Of a stretch of 32,000 nucleotides of DNA, positions 7,924 to 16,134 are shown one piece after another. The notes under the pieces were generated by a model. It worked only from the letters and a program-made list of their open reading frames with translations, was not told the DNA's origin and ran no database searches. Position numbers and translations under genes: made by a program. Each line of letters begins with the position of its first letter. Within the stretch, counting starts at the first letter, position 1. This DNA is from Geotalea uraniireducens Rf4 (GTDB taxonomy: Bacteria; Desulfobacterota; Desulfuromonadia; Geobacterales; Geobacteraceae), in assembly GCF_000016745.1 (NCBI RefSeq), contig NC_009483.1, forward strand, positions 120,001-152,000. The letters are read 5' to 3'.

Positions 7924-10900
7924 ATGATCGAAAAAATCATCGAATATTCCGCCCGCAACCGGGTCATCATCCTGATGATCTTCGGCCTCATCATCGCCTG
8001 GGGGGTCTGGTCGGTCTACAAGACCCCGGTCGACGCCATTCCAGACCTGTCCGACAACCAGGTGATTGTCTTCACCGACTATCCCGGCCGCTCGCCCCAG
8101 GTGGTGGAAGATCAGGTCACCTACCCGTTGGCGGTCAACCTCCAGGGACTCCCCCAGGTCCGTGCCGTGCGCGCCTCCTCGGCCTTCGGCTTCTCGATGA
8201 TCTACGTGATTTTCGAGGACAAGGCTGACATCTACTGGGCGCGCACCAGGGTCCTGGAGCGGCTCAACTATGCCGCATCACTCCTCCCTCCCGGAGTTGT
8301 CCCTACACTGGGGCCGGACGGCACCGGCGTCGGTCATGTCTTCTGGTATACCATCGACGGCAAGGGGTACGACCTGGAGCAGCTCCGCACTCTCCAGGAC
8401 TGGTTTGTCCGTTACCAGCTGAACACCGTCCCCGGCGTGGCCGAAGTGGCATCCATCGGCGGCTTTGTCCGGGAGTACCAGATTGACCTCGACCCCAACC
8501 GCCTCTTTGCCTACAAGGTTACGGTCGGCCAGGTCATGGAGGCAATCAAGCGCTCCAACAACGACGTCGGTGGCAGGCTGCTTGAGCAGGCGGACGCGGA
8601 ATTCCTGATCCGGGGCAAGGGGTACATCAAGTCGCCCAAGGACCTTGAGGACATCGTCGTTGCAGCCGACATGCGCGGCACCCCCATCTACGTGAAGACC
8701 CTCGGCACTGTCCAACTTGGCGGTGCCATCCGCCGGGGGCTCCTGGACATGAACGGCGAGGGGGAAGCAGTCGGCGGCATCGTGGTCATGCGTTACGGCG
8801 AAAACGCCAAAGACGTCATCGACCGGGTCAAGGAAAAGATCACTTCGCTGGAAAAAGGACTTCCGCCGGGCGTGAAAATCATGGTCTCCTACGATCGCTC
8901 AGACCTGATCGAGCGGGCCATAGAAACTCTGAAACGGGCACTGACCGAGGAATCCATCGTCGTTTCCCTGGTCATCCTGGTCTTCCTTCTTCATTTCCAG
9001 AGCGCCCTGGTCATTGTCCTCACACTGCCCATCGCGGTCCTGATCGCCTTCATCACCATGCATCTACTTGGAGTCACCTCAAACATCATGTCCCTCGGGG
9101 GGATTGCCATTGCCATTGGCGTCCTGGTGGATGCCGGGGTCATCATGGTGGAGAACTGCTACCGCCACCTCTCCGAGATGCCGCCCGAGGAGCGCAAGGA
9201 AAAGCGGCTGGAGGTGATCATCACCAGCGCCAAGCAGGTCGGCCGGGCGATCTTCTTCTCCCTGGCGATCATCATCCTCTCCTTCGTCCCGGTCTTTCTG
9301 CTGGAGGGGCAGGAAGGAAAGCTGTTCCATCCCCTCGCCTTCACCAAGACCTTCTCCATGATGGGGTCGGCATTCATCGCCATCACCCTGGTGCCGGTGC
9401 TGATGTACTACTTCATGCGGGGCAAGATGCCGCCGGAAAGCGCGAACCCGGTCTCAACATTCTTCATCAAACTTTATAGCCCCGTCATTCGCTGGGTGCT
9501 GAAGTGGAAGAAGACCACCATCGCCCTCAACGTCGTCGCTCTGGCCGTTGCCATTCCGATGTTCATGAGCATCGGCAGCGAATTCATGCCGCCGCTTGAC
9601 GAAGGGTCGCTCCTCTACATGCCGGTAACCCTCCCGAATGTCTCGATCAACGAGGCGAAGCGGCTCATTCAGGTCCAGGACCAGATCATCAAGAGCCTCC
9701 CCGAAGTGGAGCATGTACTCGGCAAGGTGGGGCGGGCGGAGACCTCCACCGACCCTGCGCCGATTTCCATGTTCGAGAGCATCATCATCCTGAAGGACAA
9801 GGATAAGTGGCGCCCCGGCATCACCAAGGCCGACATCGTCTCCGAGCTGGACGCCAAACTCCAGCAGATCGGCGTCCGTAACGGCTGGACCCAGCCGATC
9901 ATCAACCGGATCAACATGCTTTCCACCGGGGTCCGTACCGATCTCGGCGTGAAGATCTTCGGCAACGACCTGAACGTCCTGAAGGATCTCGCGGTGCAGT
10001 CCGAAGGTATCCTGAAGACCGTTCCCGGCGCTGCCGACGTGGTGGCCGAGAGGGTCACCGGTGGCAACTACATCGACATCGACATCGACAGGGAGGCGGC
10101 GGCCCGCTACGGCGTCAAGGTTGGCGACATCCAGGATGTCATCGCGACGGCCCTGGGGGGGGAGATGCTCTCAACCTCCGTGGAAGGAAGAAACCGCTTC
10201 CCGATCCGCCTCCGCTACATGCGCGACTACCGGGACAACATCCCGGCCATCCAGCGGATTCTGATCTCCGGCATGAATGGCGAGACTCCCGTGCAGGTGC
10301 CGCTGTCGCTGGTGACCAAGCTGAAGGTTTCCACTGGCGCGCCGGAGATCAACAGTGAAGGTGGACTTCTGCGCTCTATCGTCTTTCTCAATGTCCGTGG
10401 TCGGGATATGGGAGGCTTCGTCACTGAGGCGAAGACCGTGCTGGAGAAACAGCTGAAACTGCCACCGGGCTACTACGTGGCCTGGTCCGGTCAGTGGGAG
10501 AATCAGGTACGAGCCAAGAAACGGCTCCAACTGCTGGTGCCGGCGGGGATACTGATCATCTTCATTCTGCTCTACTTTACCTTCCACTCGGCCCTGGAGG
10601 CGAGCATGGTCATGCTCTCGGTCCCCTTCGCCCTCGTCGGCGGCGTCTACCTGGTCAAGGCGCTGGGCTATAACATGTCGGTGGCGGTCTGGGTCGGCTT
10701 TATCGCCCTCTACGGCATCGCCGTGGAGACCGGGGTGGTGATGGTCATCTACCTGCATGAGGCCCTGGACAAGAAGCTCATCAACGGGCCGTGCACTGAA
10801 CAGGACATCTACGACGCCACCTTCGAGGGGGCGGTGTTGCGGCTTCGGCCGAAGCTGATGACCGTGGCAGTGGCGCTGATCGGCCTCGTTCCGATCATGT

Positions 10901-11070
10901 GGTCCACGGGCACCGGCGCTGACGTGATGAAGCCGATTGCTGCACCCATGATCGGTGGGATGATTTCCTCGGCGGTACACGTACTTATCATGACGCCGGT
11001 GATATTTGTGTTGATGAAGAAGCGAGATCTGAAAAAGGGAAAATTGCAATATTCGGGTATGAAACATTAA
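7924..11070 (+). CDS. cusA: CusA-type heavy-metal (Cu(I)/Ag(I)) RND efflux pump
   Basis: The 1048-aa protein aligns along its length with my recollection of E. coli CusA (EGSLLYMPVTLP, APISMFES, RINMLSTG, GAVLRLRPKLMTVAV, IAAPMIGGMI). M566, M616 and M665 (ATG at 9619, 9769, 9916) are spaced 50 and 49 residues apart, as in the E. coli M573/M623/M672 triad. Confidence 0.92.
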   Translation: MIEKIIEYSARNRVIILMIFGLIIAWGVWSVYKTPVDAIPDLSDNQVIVFTDYPGRSPQVVEDQVTYPLAVNLQGLPQVRAVRASSAFGFSMIYVIFEDKADIYWARTRVLERLNYAASLLPPGVVPTLGPDGTGVGHVFWYTIDGKGYDLEQLRTLQDWFVRYQLNTVPGVAEVASIGGFVREYQIDLDPNRLFAYKVTVGQVMEAIKRSNNDVGGRLLEQADAEFLIRGKGYIKSPKDLEDIVVAADMRGTPIYVKTLGTVQLGGAIRRGLLDMNGEGEAVGGIVVMRYGENAKDVIDRVKEKITSLEKGLPPGVKIMVSYDRSDLIERAIETLKRALTEESIVVSLVILVFLLHFQSALVIVLTLPIAVLIAFITMHLLGVTSNIMSLGGIAIAIGVLVDAGVIMVENCYRHLSEMPPEERKEKRLEVIITSAKQVGRAIFFSLAIIILSFVPVFLLEGQEGKLFHPLAFTKTFSMMGSAFIAITLVPVLMYYFMRGKMPPESANPVSTFFIKLYSPVIRWVLKWKKTTIALNVVALAVAIPMFMSIGSEFMPPLDEGSLLYMPVTLPNVSINEAKRLIQVQDQIIKSLPEVEHVLGKVGRAETSTDPAPISMFESIIILKDKDKWRPGITKADIVSELDAKLQQIGVRNGWTQPIINRINMLSTGVRTDLGVKIFGNDLNVLKDLAVQSEGILKTVPGAADVVAERVTGGNYIDIDIDREAAARYGVKVGDIQDVIATALGGEMLSTSVEGRNRFPIRLRYMRDYRDNIPAIQRILISGMNGETPVQVPLSLVTKLKVSTGAPEINSEGGLLRSIVFLNVRGRDMGGFVTEAKTVLEKQLKLPPGYYVAWSGQWENQVRAKKRLQLLVPAGILIIFILLYFTFHSALEASMVMLSVPFALVGGVYLVKALGYNMSVAVWVGFIALYGIAVETGVVMVIYLHEALDKKLINGPCTEQDIYDATFEGAVLRLRPKLMTVAVALIGLVPIMWSTGTGADVMKPIAAPMIGGMISSAVHVLIMTPVIFVLMKKRDLKKGKLQYSGMKH

Positions 11071-11078
11071 TTCACAAG

Positions 11079-11124
11079 GGGCGCCGCTTGCTGCGCCCAA
11101 TCAAGGGTAGGGTAAGCCCTACCC
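11079..11124. repeat. Two GC-rich hairpins downstream of cusA
   Basis: GGGCGC-cgcttgct-GCGCCC (11079-11098) and GGGTAGGG-taag-CCCTACCC (11105-11124). Neither is followed by a T-tract, so they look REP-like or attenuator-like rather than like a classic terminator. Confidence 0.55.
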
Positions 11125-11157
11125 CTACGAAACCACAACGAAAAAGGAGAAGAGAAG

Positions 11158-11634
11158 ATGAAAAAAGCAGCAGTGATTCTAGCAGTAGCATCCTTTGCCC
11201 TTGCGGCTCCCCTGGCATCCTTCGCCATGGATCACGGCTCCATGAAGATGGAGCACGGCGAGCATATGATGGACAAGGGGAGTCTCGCCCACGAAGAGGT
11301 CGTGGATGGTGTCAAGGCCACCTTCAAGATCATCAGCATGGCCGAGCATATGAAGGCCATGAAGATGGAAATGCCGAAAGGGATGAAGGAGACCCATCAC
11401 ATCATGGTGGAGTTCAAGGATGCCAAATCGGGCAAGGCCCTGACCGAGGGTGAGGTTACAGTCAAAGTGCAGAACCCTGACAAGAGCTATCAGACCAAGG
11501 ACCTGATGGGGATGGAAGGGCACTTCGGTGCCGATTACGAAATGGCCAAAAAGGGGAAATATGGCGTGATGGCCAAGTTCAAACTGGCAGACGGTAAGGT
11601 TAGGAGCGCCAAATTCTGGTATACGGTGAAATAA
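11158..11634 (+). CDS. Periplasmic Met/His-rich protein, candidate metal-binding protein (family not recognised)
   Basis: GGAGAAGAGAAG RBS region. Signal peptide ending ASFA-MD. By my count the ~134-aa mature part has 16 Met and 8 His (MDHGSMKMEHGEHMMD, EHMKAMKMEMPKGMKETHH, DLMGMEGHFGADY). The core is beta-rich. Confidence 0.8.
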   Translation: MKKAAVILAVASFALAAPLASFAMDHGSMKMEHGEHMMDKGSLAHEEVVDGVKATFKIISMAEHMKAMKMEMPKGMKETHHIMVEFKDAKSGKALTEGEVTVKVQNPDKSYQTKDLMGMEGHFGADYEMAKKGKYGVMAKFKLADGKVRSAKFWYTVK

Positions 11635-11646
11635 TGAAAGGTTCGA

Positions 11647-11676
11647 GGAACGAGGAGTGAGGACTAACCTCGTTCC
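11647..11676 (+). terminator. Hairpin between the Met/His-rich gene and the GerMN gene (possible attenuator)
   Basis: GGAACGAGG-agtgaggactaa-CCTCGTTCC is a 9-bp perfect stem, followed by ccgtttctt, which is only weakly T-rich. Confidence 0.35.
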
Positions 11677-11699
11677 CCGTTTCTTATCAGGAGGTGACA

Positions 11700-12635
11700 A
11701 TGGTCAAGAGATACCCTCTTTTTGTATTGCTGTCACTCATTCTCGTGTCCCTCCCGTTTGTCGGTTGCAAGAAAAAGGAAGCATCTCCCCCGTCAAAACA
11801 GGCCAGGGTCTCCGCCACCAATGCTTATGAGAAATATTTCGGCCCGGCTCCCACCACCGACAAGGGGACCTGCTACGCCTTCGTCATCTACTTCCCGTCG
11901 GCGAAAGAACCGGGGAAGGTGGTCCCCTTCCCGTTCTTCACCTTTGACGAAGGCTCCATCAAAAAGGTGGCGCTGGAACGGCTTCTGACGGGAATGGAGG
12001 TGGGGAGCTACCGGGGTGAGATTGCCCAGCCGTTCGCTTCCGGTACCCGCATCCTCGGGGTTACGGAGCAGCAGGGGGCCGTAGCCGTAAACTTCAGCAA
12101 GGAAATCCTCGCATCAAAGGCTGACGACGCGATTGAGCGGGCGATACTTAACGCGATCGTTCTTACCCTCTCCCAATTCAATGGCGTTAAGGAAGTGCGG
12201 GTGCAGGTGGAGGGGAAGGAGGGCGGCGTGATCGACGGGAAGGAAATCGGCAAATTTCTCGGTCATGGCGGGCTTGAAAAACAACCCCTTACCCCAACGA
12301 AAACCGCTGTTCTGAAGCCGTCACAGCCGAGGCTTCTGAGCGTTACCGCCATGAAAGATAAGGGGGCGAAAGAGGTGGAAGAGGTGGAAGAGGTGAACGC
12401 CTTCTTCGACCGGCCGGTTGACATCAAAGAGCTGAAGATGACCGACAAGGACGGCAGGCCCTTCGAAGGGGAGGTCTTTCACTCTGTGTTCGACATGGCG
12501 GCGGTCCTGAAGCCGAAGGAGCCTTCGATTTTCAAGGGAGGGATGCCGGTTAAGGTCCGCTGGAAAGTGACCGACAAACTCGGAAGACAGGCTGAAGGGG
12601 AAAGCGAGTTTTCCCTGGATGTAAAAGAACACTGA
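11700..12635 (+). CDS. GerMN-domain lipoprotein
   Basis: ATG at 11700, 6 nt after AGGAGG (the track ORF starts at GTG 11694). Lipobox FVGC. The GerMN-like segment reads ALERLLTG...GTRILGVTEQQGAVAVNFSKE...AIVLTLSQFNGVKEVRVQVEGK. The C-terminal ~100 aa form a beta-rich domain. A short in-frame 9-nt tandem repeat gaggtggaa x2+ lies at about 12369-12392. Confidence 0.8.
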   Translation: MVKRYPLFVLLSLILVSLPFVGCKKKEASPPSKQARVSATNAYEKYFGPAPTTDKGTCYAFVIYFPSAKEPGKVVPFPFFTFDEGSIKKVALERLLTGMEVGSYRGEIAQPFASGTRILGVTEQQGAVAVNFSKEILASKADDAIERAILNAIVLTLSQFNGVKEVRVQVEGKEGGVIDGKEIGKFLGHGGLEKQPLTPTKTAVLKPSQPRLLSVTAMKDKGAKEVEEVEEVNAFFDRPVDIKELKMTDKDGRPFEGEVFHSVFDMAAVLKPKEPSIFKGGMPVKVRWKVTDKLGRQAEGESEFSLDVKEH

Positions 12636-12647
12636 AAGGAATAAGTC

Positions 12648-13082
12648 GTGAAAAAATCAATATTGATTGCCTTGACTATGCTGACCGTTGCCCTTTTTGT
12701 AAACGGGACTGCCATCTCCTCTGAAGGGGACAAACACGGAAAGGGGCATGCGGGAAATGCGAAGATGCAGAAACTCCACGGCATGATGCCAACTTACGCA
12801 GTGATCCAGGCAAAAATCAATGGAGCCCTGGAGAAAGGTGATTCGTCAGCAGTAGTGGCGGAAGCGGGAAAAATACTTGCCACGACCGCCGACCTGAAGA
12901 GGGCCAAGCCTCACAAGAACCGCAAGCAACTGAAACTGTTCAGGGAAATGGCAACGGACTTTGAAAAGGAAGTGAAAACTACCGCCGAACTTGCCGGGAA
13001 GGGGGATCTTACCGGCGCCAGAGCTGCTTTTGTGAAGGCTGGAGAAAAGTGCGACGAATGCCACGCAAAATTCCGGGAATGA
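12648..13082 (+). CDS. Class II c-type cytochrome (cytochrome c'/c556-like four-helix bundle)
   Basis: GTG start with an AAGGAA RBS and a signal peptide. It is a helical ~120-aa protein with a single CXXCH (CDECH) eight residues from the C-terminus, which is the class II layout. Confidence 0.75.
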   Translation: MKKSILIALTMLTVALFVNGTAISSEGDKHGKGHAGNAKMQKLHGMMPTYAVIQAKINGALEKGDSSAVVAEAGKILATTADLKRAKPHKNRKQLKLFREMATDFEKEVKTTAELAGKGDLTGARAAFVKAGEKCDECHAKFRE

Positions 13083-13159
13083 CCAAAGCCCGGCGGTGGC
13101 CTGAAAACCGGGAACATTGCAGCTGAAAGTAGAGGTAATATTTTGAGGAGAATGGGCAT

Positions 13160-14017
13160 ATGCCTTTCGCTCGGTTGAAAAACAGGCTTCTTGCCAGGAT
13201 ATTTACCTCTTTCCCATCCCTGGCGGCACGGTGGGGTCGGCAGCTCGATGCTAATATCTCGGACATTCCCTGGACTGAACCCCAGAAACCCTTGAATGAG
13301 GCGATACTGGCCCTGGTGACCACTGGCGGGGTCCATTTGAAAACCCAGGAACCGTTCAACATGGCCGATCCGAACGGCGACCCAACCTTTCGGGAGATAC
13401 CCGCGGACACCCCCGCTGATCTCCTCACCATCACCCACGACTATTACGACCACCGGGACGCGGAAAGGGACCTGAACCTGGTTTTGCCGTTGCAGCGGCT
13501 CAGGGAAATGGTGGAGGTCGGCGCCCTGAAGGCCCTCCATCCTATAGCTTACGGTTTCATGGGTCATATCGACGGCCCCCACCTGCATACCCTTCAGGAA
13601 GAGACCGCCCCCGCGATTGCCCGGAAGCTTGCCGACGCCGGCGTGGACTACGCCCTGCTGGTTCCTGCCTGAGGGAGCTGCAACCGGTCCGTGGGGCTGG
13701 TGGCAAGGGAAATAGAAAGGGTGGGAATCCCCACGATATCCATCTCCATTGTCCGGGAAATCACGGAGAAAACACCCCCTCCCCGGACAATCTTTCTCCG
13801 TTTTCCTTTCGGACACGCCTTGGGGGAGCCGGACAACCGAGACCAGCAGTTCACCGTGCTTTATCTCGCTTTCCGGTTCCTCTTCGAGGCTGACCTGCCG
13901 GGAACGATCCGGGATGCCGGGCTCCGTTGGAGACGAGATACTTACGCGCATCCCGACTGGGATGGATTTCGCCGACTCGCACCAAAAGCGCATCATGTCG
14001 GGAATGTGAATGAGTGA
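13160..14017 (+). CDS. GrdB/PrdB-family (glycine/betaine/sarcosine/D-proline reductase B-like) protein with an in-frame TGA at 13670-13672, read as candidate selenocysteine
   Basis: Track ORFs 13160..13672 and 13691..14017 share one frame and are separated only by the TGA plus sense codons. The joined 285-aa product reads ...DYALLVPA-U-GSCNRSVGLVAREIERVGIPTISI...FPFGHALGEP. This matches the U-x-x-C ...EIE(R/K)AGIP... layout I recall for GrdB. Confidence 0.8.
13679..13705 (+). promoter_or_regulatory. Candidate bacterial SECIS hairpin
   Basis: It starts 7 nt after the UGA. Pairing is UGC/GCA plus ACCGG/CUGGU (one A.G mismatch and one G-U pair) with a 9-nt loop UCCGUGGGG. I folded it by eye only. 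Confidence 0.45.
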
Positions 14018-14191
14018 CCAGTAAGGATTCGCTCTGCTGATCCCTTTGGTTTATTTTTTAGCTTGACTAAGAAAAATAAAACATTGTAGTTAGCTAACAT
14101 TGTACGGAAAGCAACGGCCGTTGCCAAAGGGCCGGCAGAGCAGGGTCGACGGCTACATTGCTGCGCAAACCGGCAAGAAAAGGAGATATCC

Positions 14192-14974
14192 GTGTCCGAT
14201 AACCTTACGGAACTTTTCGACCGGCTGTATCGCGACAACCAGGCGATGGTGTACAAGCTGGCCCTGGGGCTCACCGGCAATGGGCATGACGCCGAAGAAA
14301 TAACCCAGGAGGCGTTTTCCCGGGCTTTCCGTTCCTACCATACCTTTCGCGAAGAGTGCTCCTTTTCCACCTGGATCTATCGCATCACCATCAACGTTGC
14401 CAACGATTACCTGAAGCTGAGGGCCAAATTCCCGGTCCATGCGCTTACCGAGGATCTGGGCTATTCTCTGGAAGAAATCATCGACCCTGATCCCGCCAAC
14501 AACCCGGAAACCGAACTCCTTGCCTACCAGGCAAGGGCGAAGTGTCTGCACGCCATGACGGAATGCCTTCCGACCGAACAGCGAAAGGTATTTTGCCTGG
14601 CAATCACCCTGGGCCTTCCCCACAAACTCGTCGCTGAAATTCTCGACTGCTCGTTGAGTTCGGTCAAAACCACCCTCCACCGGGCCAAGAAAAGATGGTT
14701 CGGTTACATGGAAGACAGGTGTCAGCTGATCAGGAAATCGAACCCCTGCAGCTGCAAGCAGTGGGTCCGCTTCGGCCTGTCGCAGGGGTGGATATCTAAA
14801 CAGGCCTTGGCCGATCCCCGTCAGCCGATTACAGCAGAAGCCAGGGAAGAAGTGGCCAGGCTGAAGGCGCTGCGGGACATCTACCAGGACCTTTACCGGG
14901 AAACGGCCGACGCATCTTATGCGCAAAGGATCAGGGAAGGGATACAAAACAGCGAATGGGCCATTTTTTCCTGA
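14192..14974 (+). CDS. ECF-type sigma-70 family factor with a ~75-aa C-terminal extension containing C-x8-C-x-C
   Basis: AGGAG RBS and GTG start. Region 2 reads DAEEITQEAFSRAF...WIYRITINVANDYLK. Region 4 reads LPTEQRKVFCLAITLGLPHKLVAEILDCSLSSVKTTLHRAKKR. The extension reads EDRCQLIRKSNPCSCKQW... No anti-sigma gene lies downstream. Confidence 0.85.
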   Translation: MSDNLTELFDRLYRDNQAMVYKLALGLTGNGHDAEEITQEAFSRAFRSYHTFREECSFSTWIYRITINVANDYLKLRAKFPVHALTEDLGYSLEEIIDPDPANNPETELLAYQARAKCLHAMTECLPTEQRKVFCLAITLGLPHKLVAEILDCSLSSVKTTLHRAKKRWFGYMEDRCQLIRKSNPCSCKQWVRFGLSQGWISKQALADPRQPITAEAREEVARLKALRDIYQDLYRETADASYAQRIREGIQNSEWAIFS

Positions 14975-15042
14975 TTTATTTGTAACCTTTTGCCTCCGGC
15001 GCAGTCTAACCGGTAGATCTCAAAAATCAGGAGGCTTATCAG

Positions 15043-15960
15043 ATGGACACAACAGGTTCAGGTTTGGCAACACAAGGCGGCGAGTTTAAAACGGGAACGG
15101 TACAGGCCAACGGGCGGGATGTCAGCTTCATTGAGATGGGGCGGGGCCCCCTTGTCGTCGCTCTCCACGGTTTCCCCGATCTCCCCCGGACTTTCCGTCA
15201 CCAGATGCCGCAACTGGCTGCGGCAGGCTACCGTGTCGTCGCACCCTTCATGCGCGGCTACTCCCCGACAGATGCCCCGGACGAAGGCCCCTTCGAAGCC
15301 GCCATCCTTGTGCAGGATGTGGTGGCCTTGATCGATCAGCTGACGGACCGTCCCGCGGTCCTCATCGGGCACGACTGGGGGGCCACGGTCGCCCGTGGCG
15401 CTTCGATCCTCGCCCCGGAAAAAATTTCCGGCATCGTTTGCATGTCCGTGCCGACCGCAGAAAATTTCGGACGGGCGCTGGTCACCAATCCAAGCCAACA
15501 GCGGCGCTCCTGGTACGTGTTTTTCTTCCAGCTCCCCATCGCTGAAATGGCGGTGGCCCATAACGATTTTGCGTTCATAGAACAGCTCTGGCAGGAATGG
15601 TCGCCAGGCTGGAACTGTCCTGAAGAGGTTATGGCTGAAATCAAGGGGGCCTTCCGCAGGCCCGGCGTTCTGAAGGCAGCCTTGGGCTACTACCGCTCCC
15701 AGTTCAACCCGTCCCTCCAGCATCCGGGCCTCGCCGAGATACGGAAACGCCTGGCTGAGCCCATTCCCGTTCCGACATTATACCTGCACGGGGCCGATGA
15801 CGGATGCATCGGCGCGGAGACGACCGAGGGGATGGAAGGCGCTTTTCTCCATGATTTCGAAAGGCATATCATTCCGTCTGCCGGCCATTTCGTACATCAG
15901 GAACAACCGGAAACGGTCAATCGCCTCATCTTGAATTTTTTGAGCAGACAGCACAAATAG
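15043..15960 (+). CDS. Alpha/beta hydrolase (epoxide hydrolase / haloalkane dehalogenase-like)
   Basis: HGFPD oxyanion motif, GHDWGA nucleophile elbow with Asp, and C-terminal GHFVHQEQPE. Confidence 0.85.
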   Translation: MDTTGSGLATQGGEFKTGTVQANGRDVSFIEMGRGPLVVALHGFPDLPRTFRHQMPQLAAAGYRVVAPFMRGYSPTDAPDEGPFEAAILVQDVVALIDQLTDRPAVLIGHDWGATVARGASILAPEKISGIVCMSVPTAENFGRALVTNPSQQRRSWYVFFFQLPIAEMAVAHNDFAFIEQLWQEWSPGWNCPEEVMAEIKGAFRRPGVLKAALGYYRSQFNPSLQHPGLAEIRKRLAEPIPVPTLYLHGADDGCIGAETTEGMEGAFLHDFERHIIPSAGHFVHQEQPETVNRLILNFLSRQHK

Positions 15961-16134
15961 GAAAGGAAATGTCATGGGAACTGAGATCAGGCCTTTGCTG
16001 GACATAAAACCGGCGAAAGACTATGAACCAGCCTTCTTATGTTAGAAGCTGGAGGCAACTATGGGCACCCGTTACCACCTTTTTGCGGGCGTTTTTTAAC
16101 CATATCTAACCACAGATTCTGATAAGGAGGGAAT

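Noticed and set aside
7863-8228. 121-aa ORF overlapping the start of cusA in another frame
   Set aside because: It begins inside the structured repeat and overlaps cusA. Its product is Pro/Arg/Gly-rich with no motifs.
10171-11100. 309-aa minus-strand ORF opposite the 3' end of cusA
   Set aside because: It is fully antisense to a strongly supported RND pump gene. Its composition is low-complexity and Arg/His/Gly-rich, typical of shadow ORFs in high-GC DNA. It has no RBS.
13100-13140. GGAACAT-N16/17-GTAATA upstream of the selenoprotein gene as a third ECF promoter
   Set aside because: Its -10 region lacks the GTC core shared by the two convincing sites, so the match is limited to GGAAC.
12911-13996. 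361-aa minus-strand ORF spanning the cytochrome and selenoprotein genes
   Set aside because: It is antisense to two genes with clear family motifs and has no recognisable motifs of its own. It is a shadow ORF.
14153-14947. 264-aa minus-strand ORF opposite the ECF sigma gene
   Set aside because: The sense strand carries clear sigma-70 region 2 and region 4 motifs. The antisense product has no features.
16070-16112. 11-codon ORF (MGTRYHLFAGVF) behind a GGAGG sequence, and a weak hairpin with a T-tract
   Set aside because: It is too short and has no supporting context. The stem is only 4 bp with a long loop.
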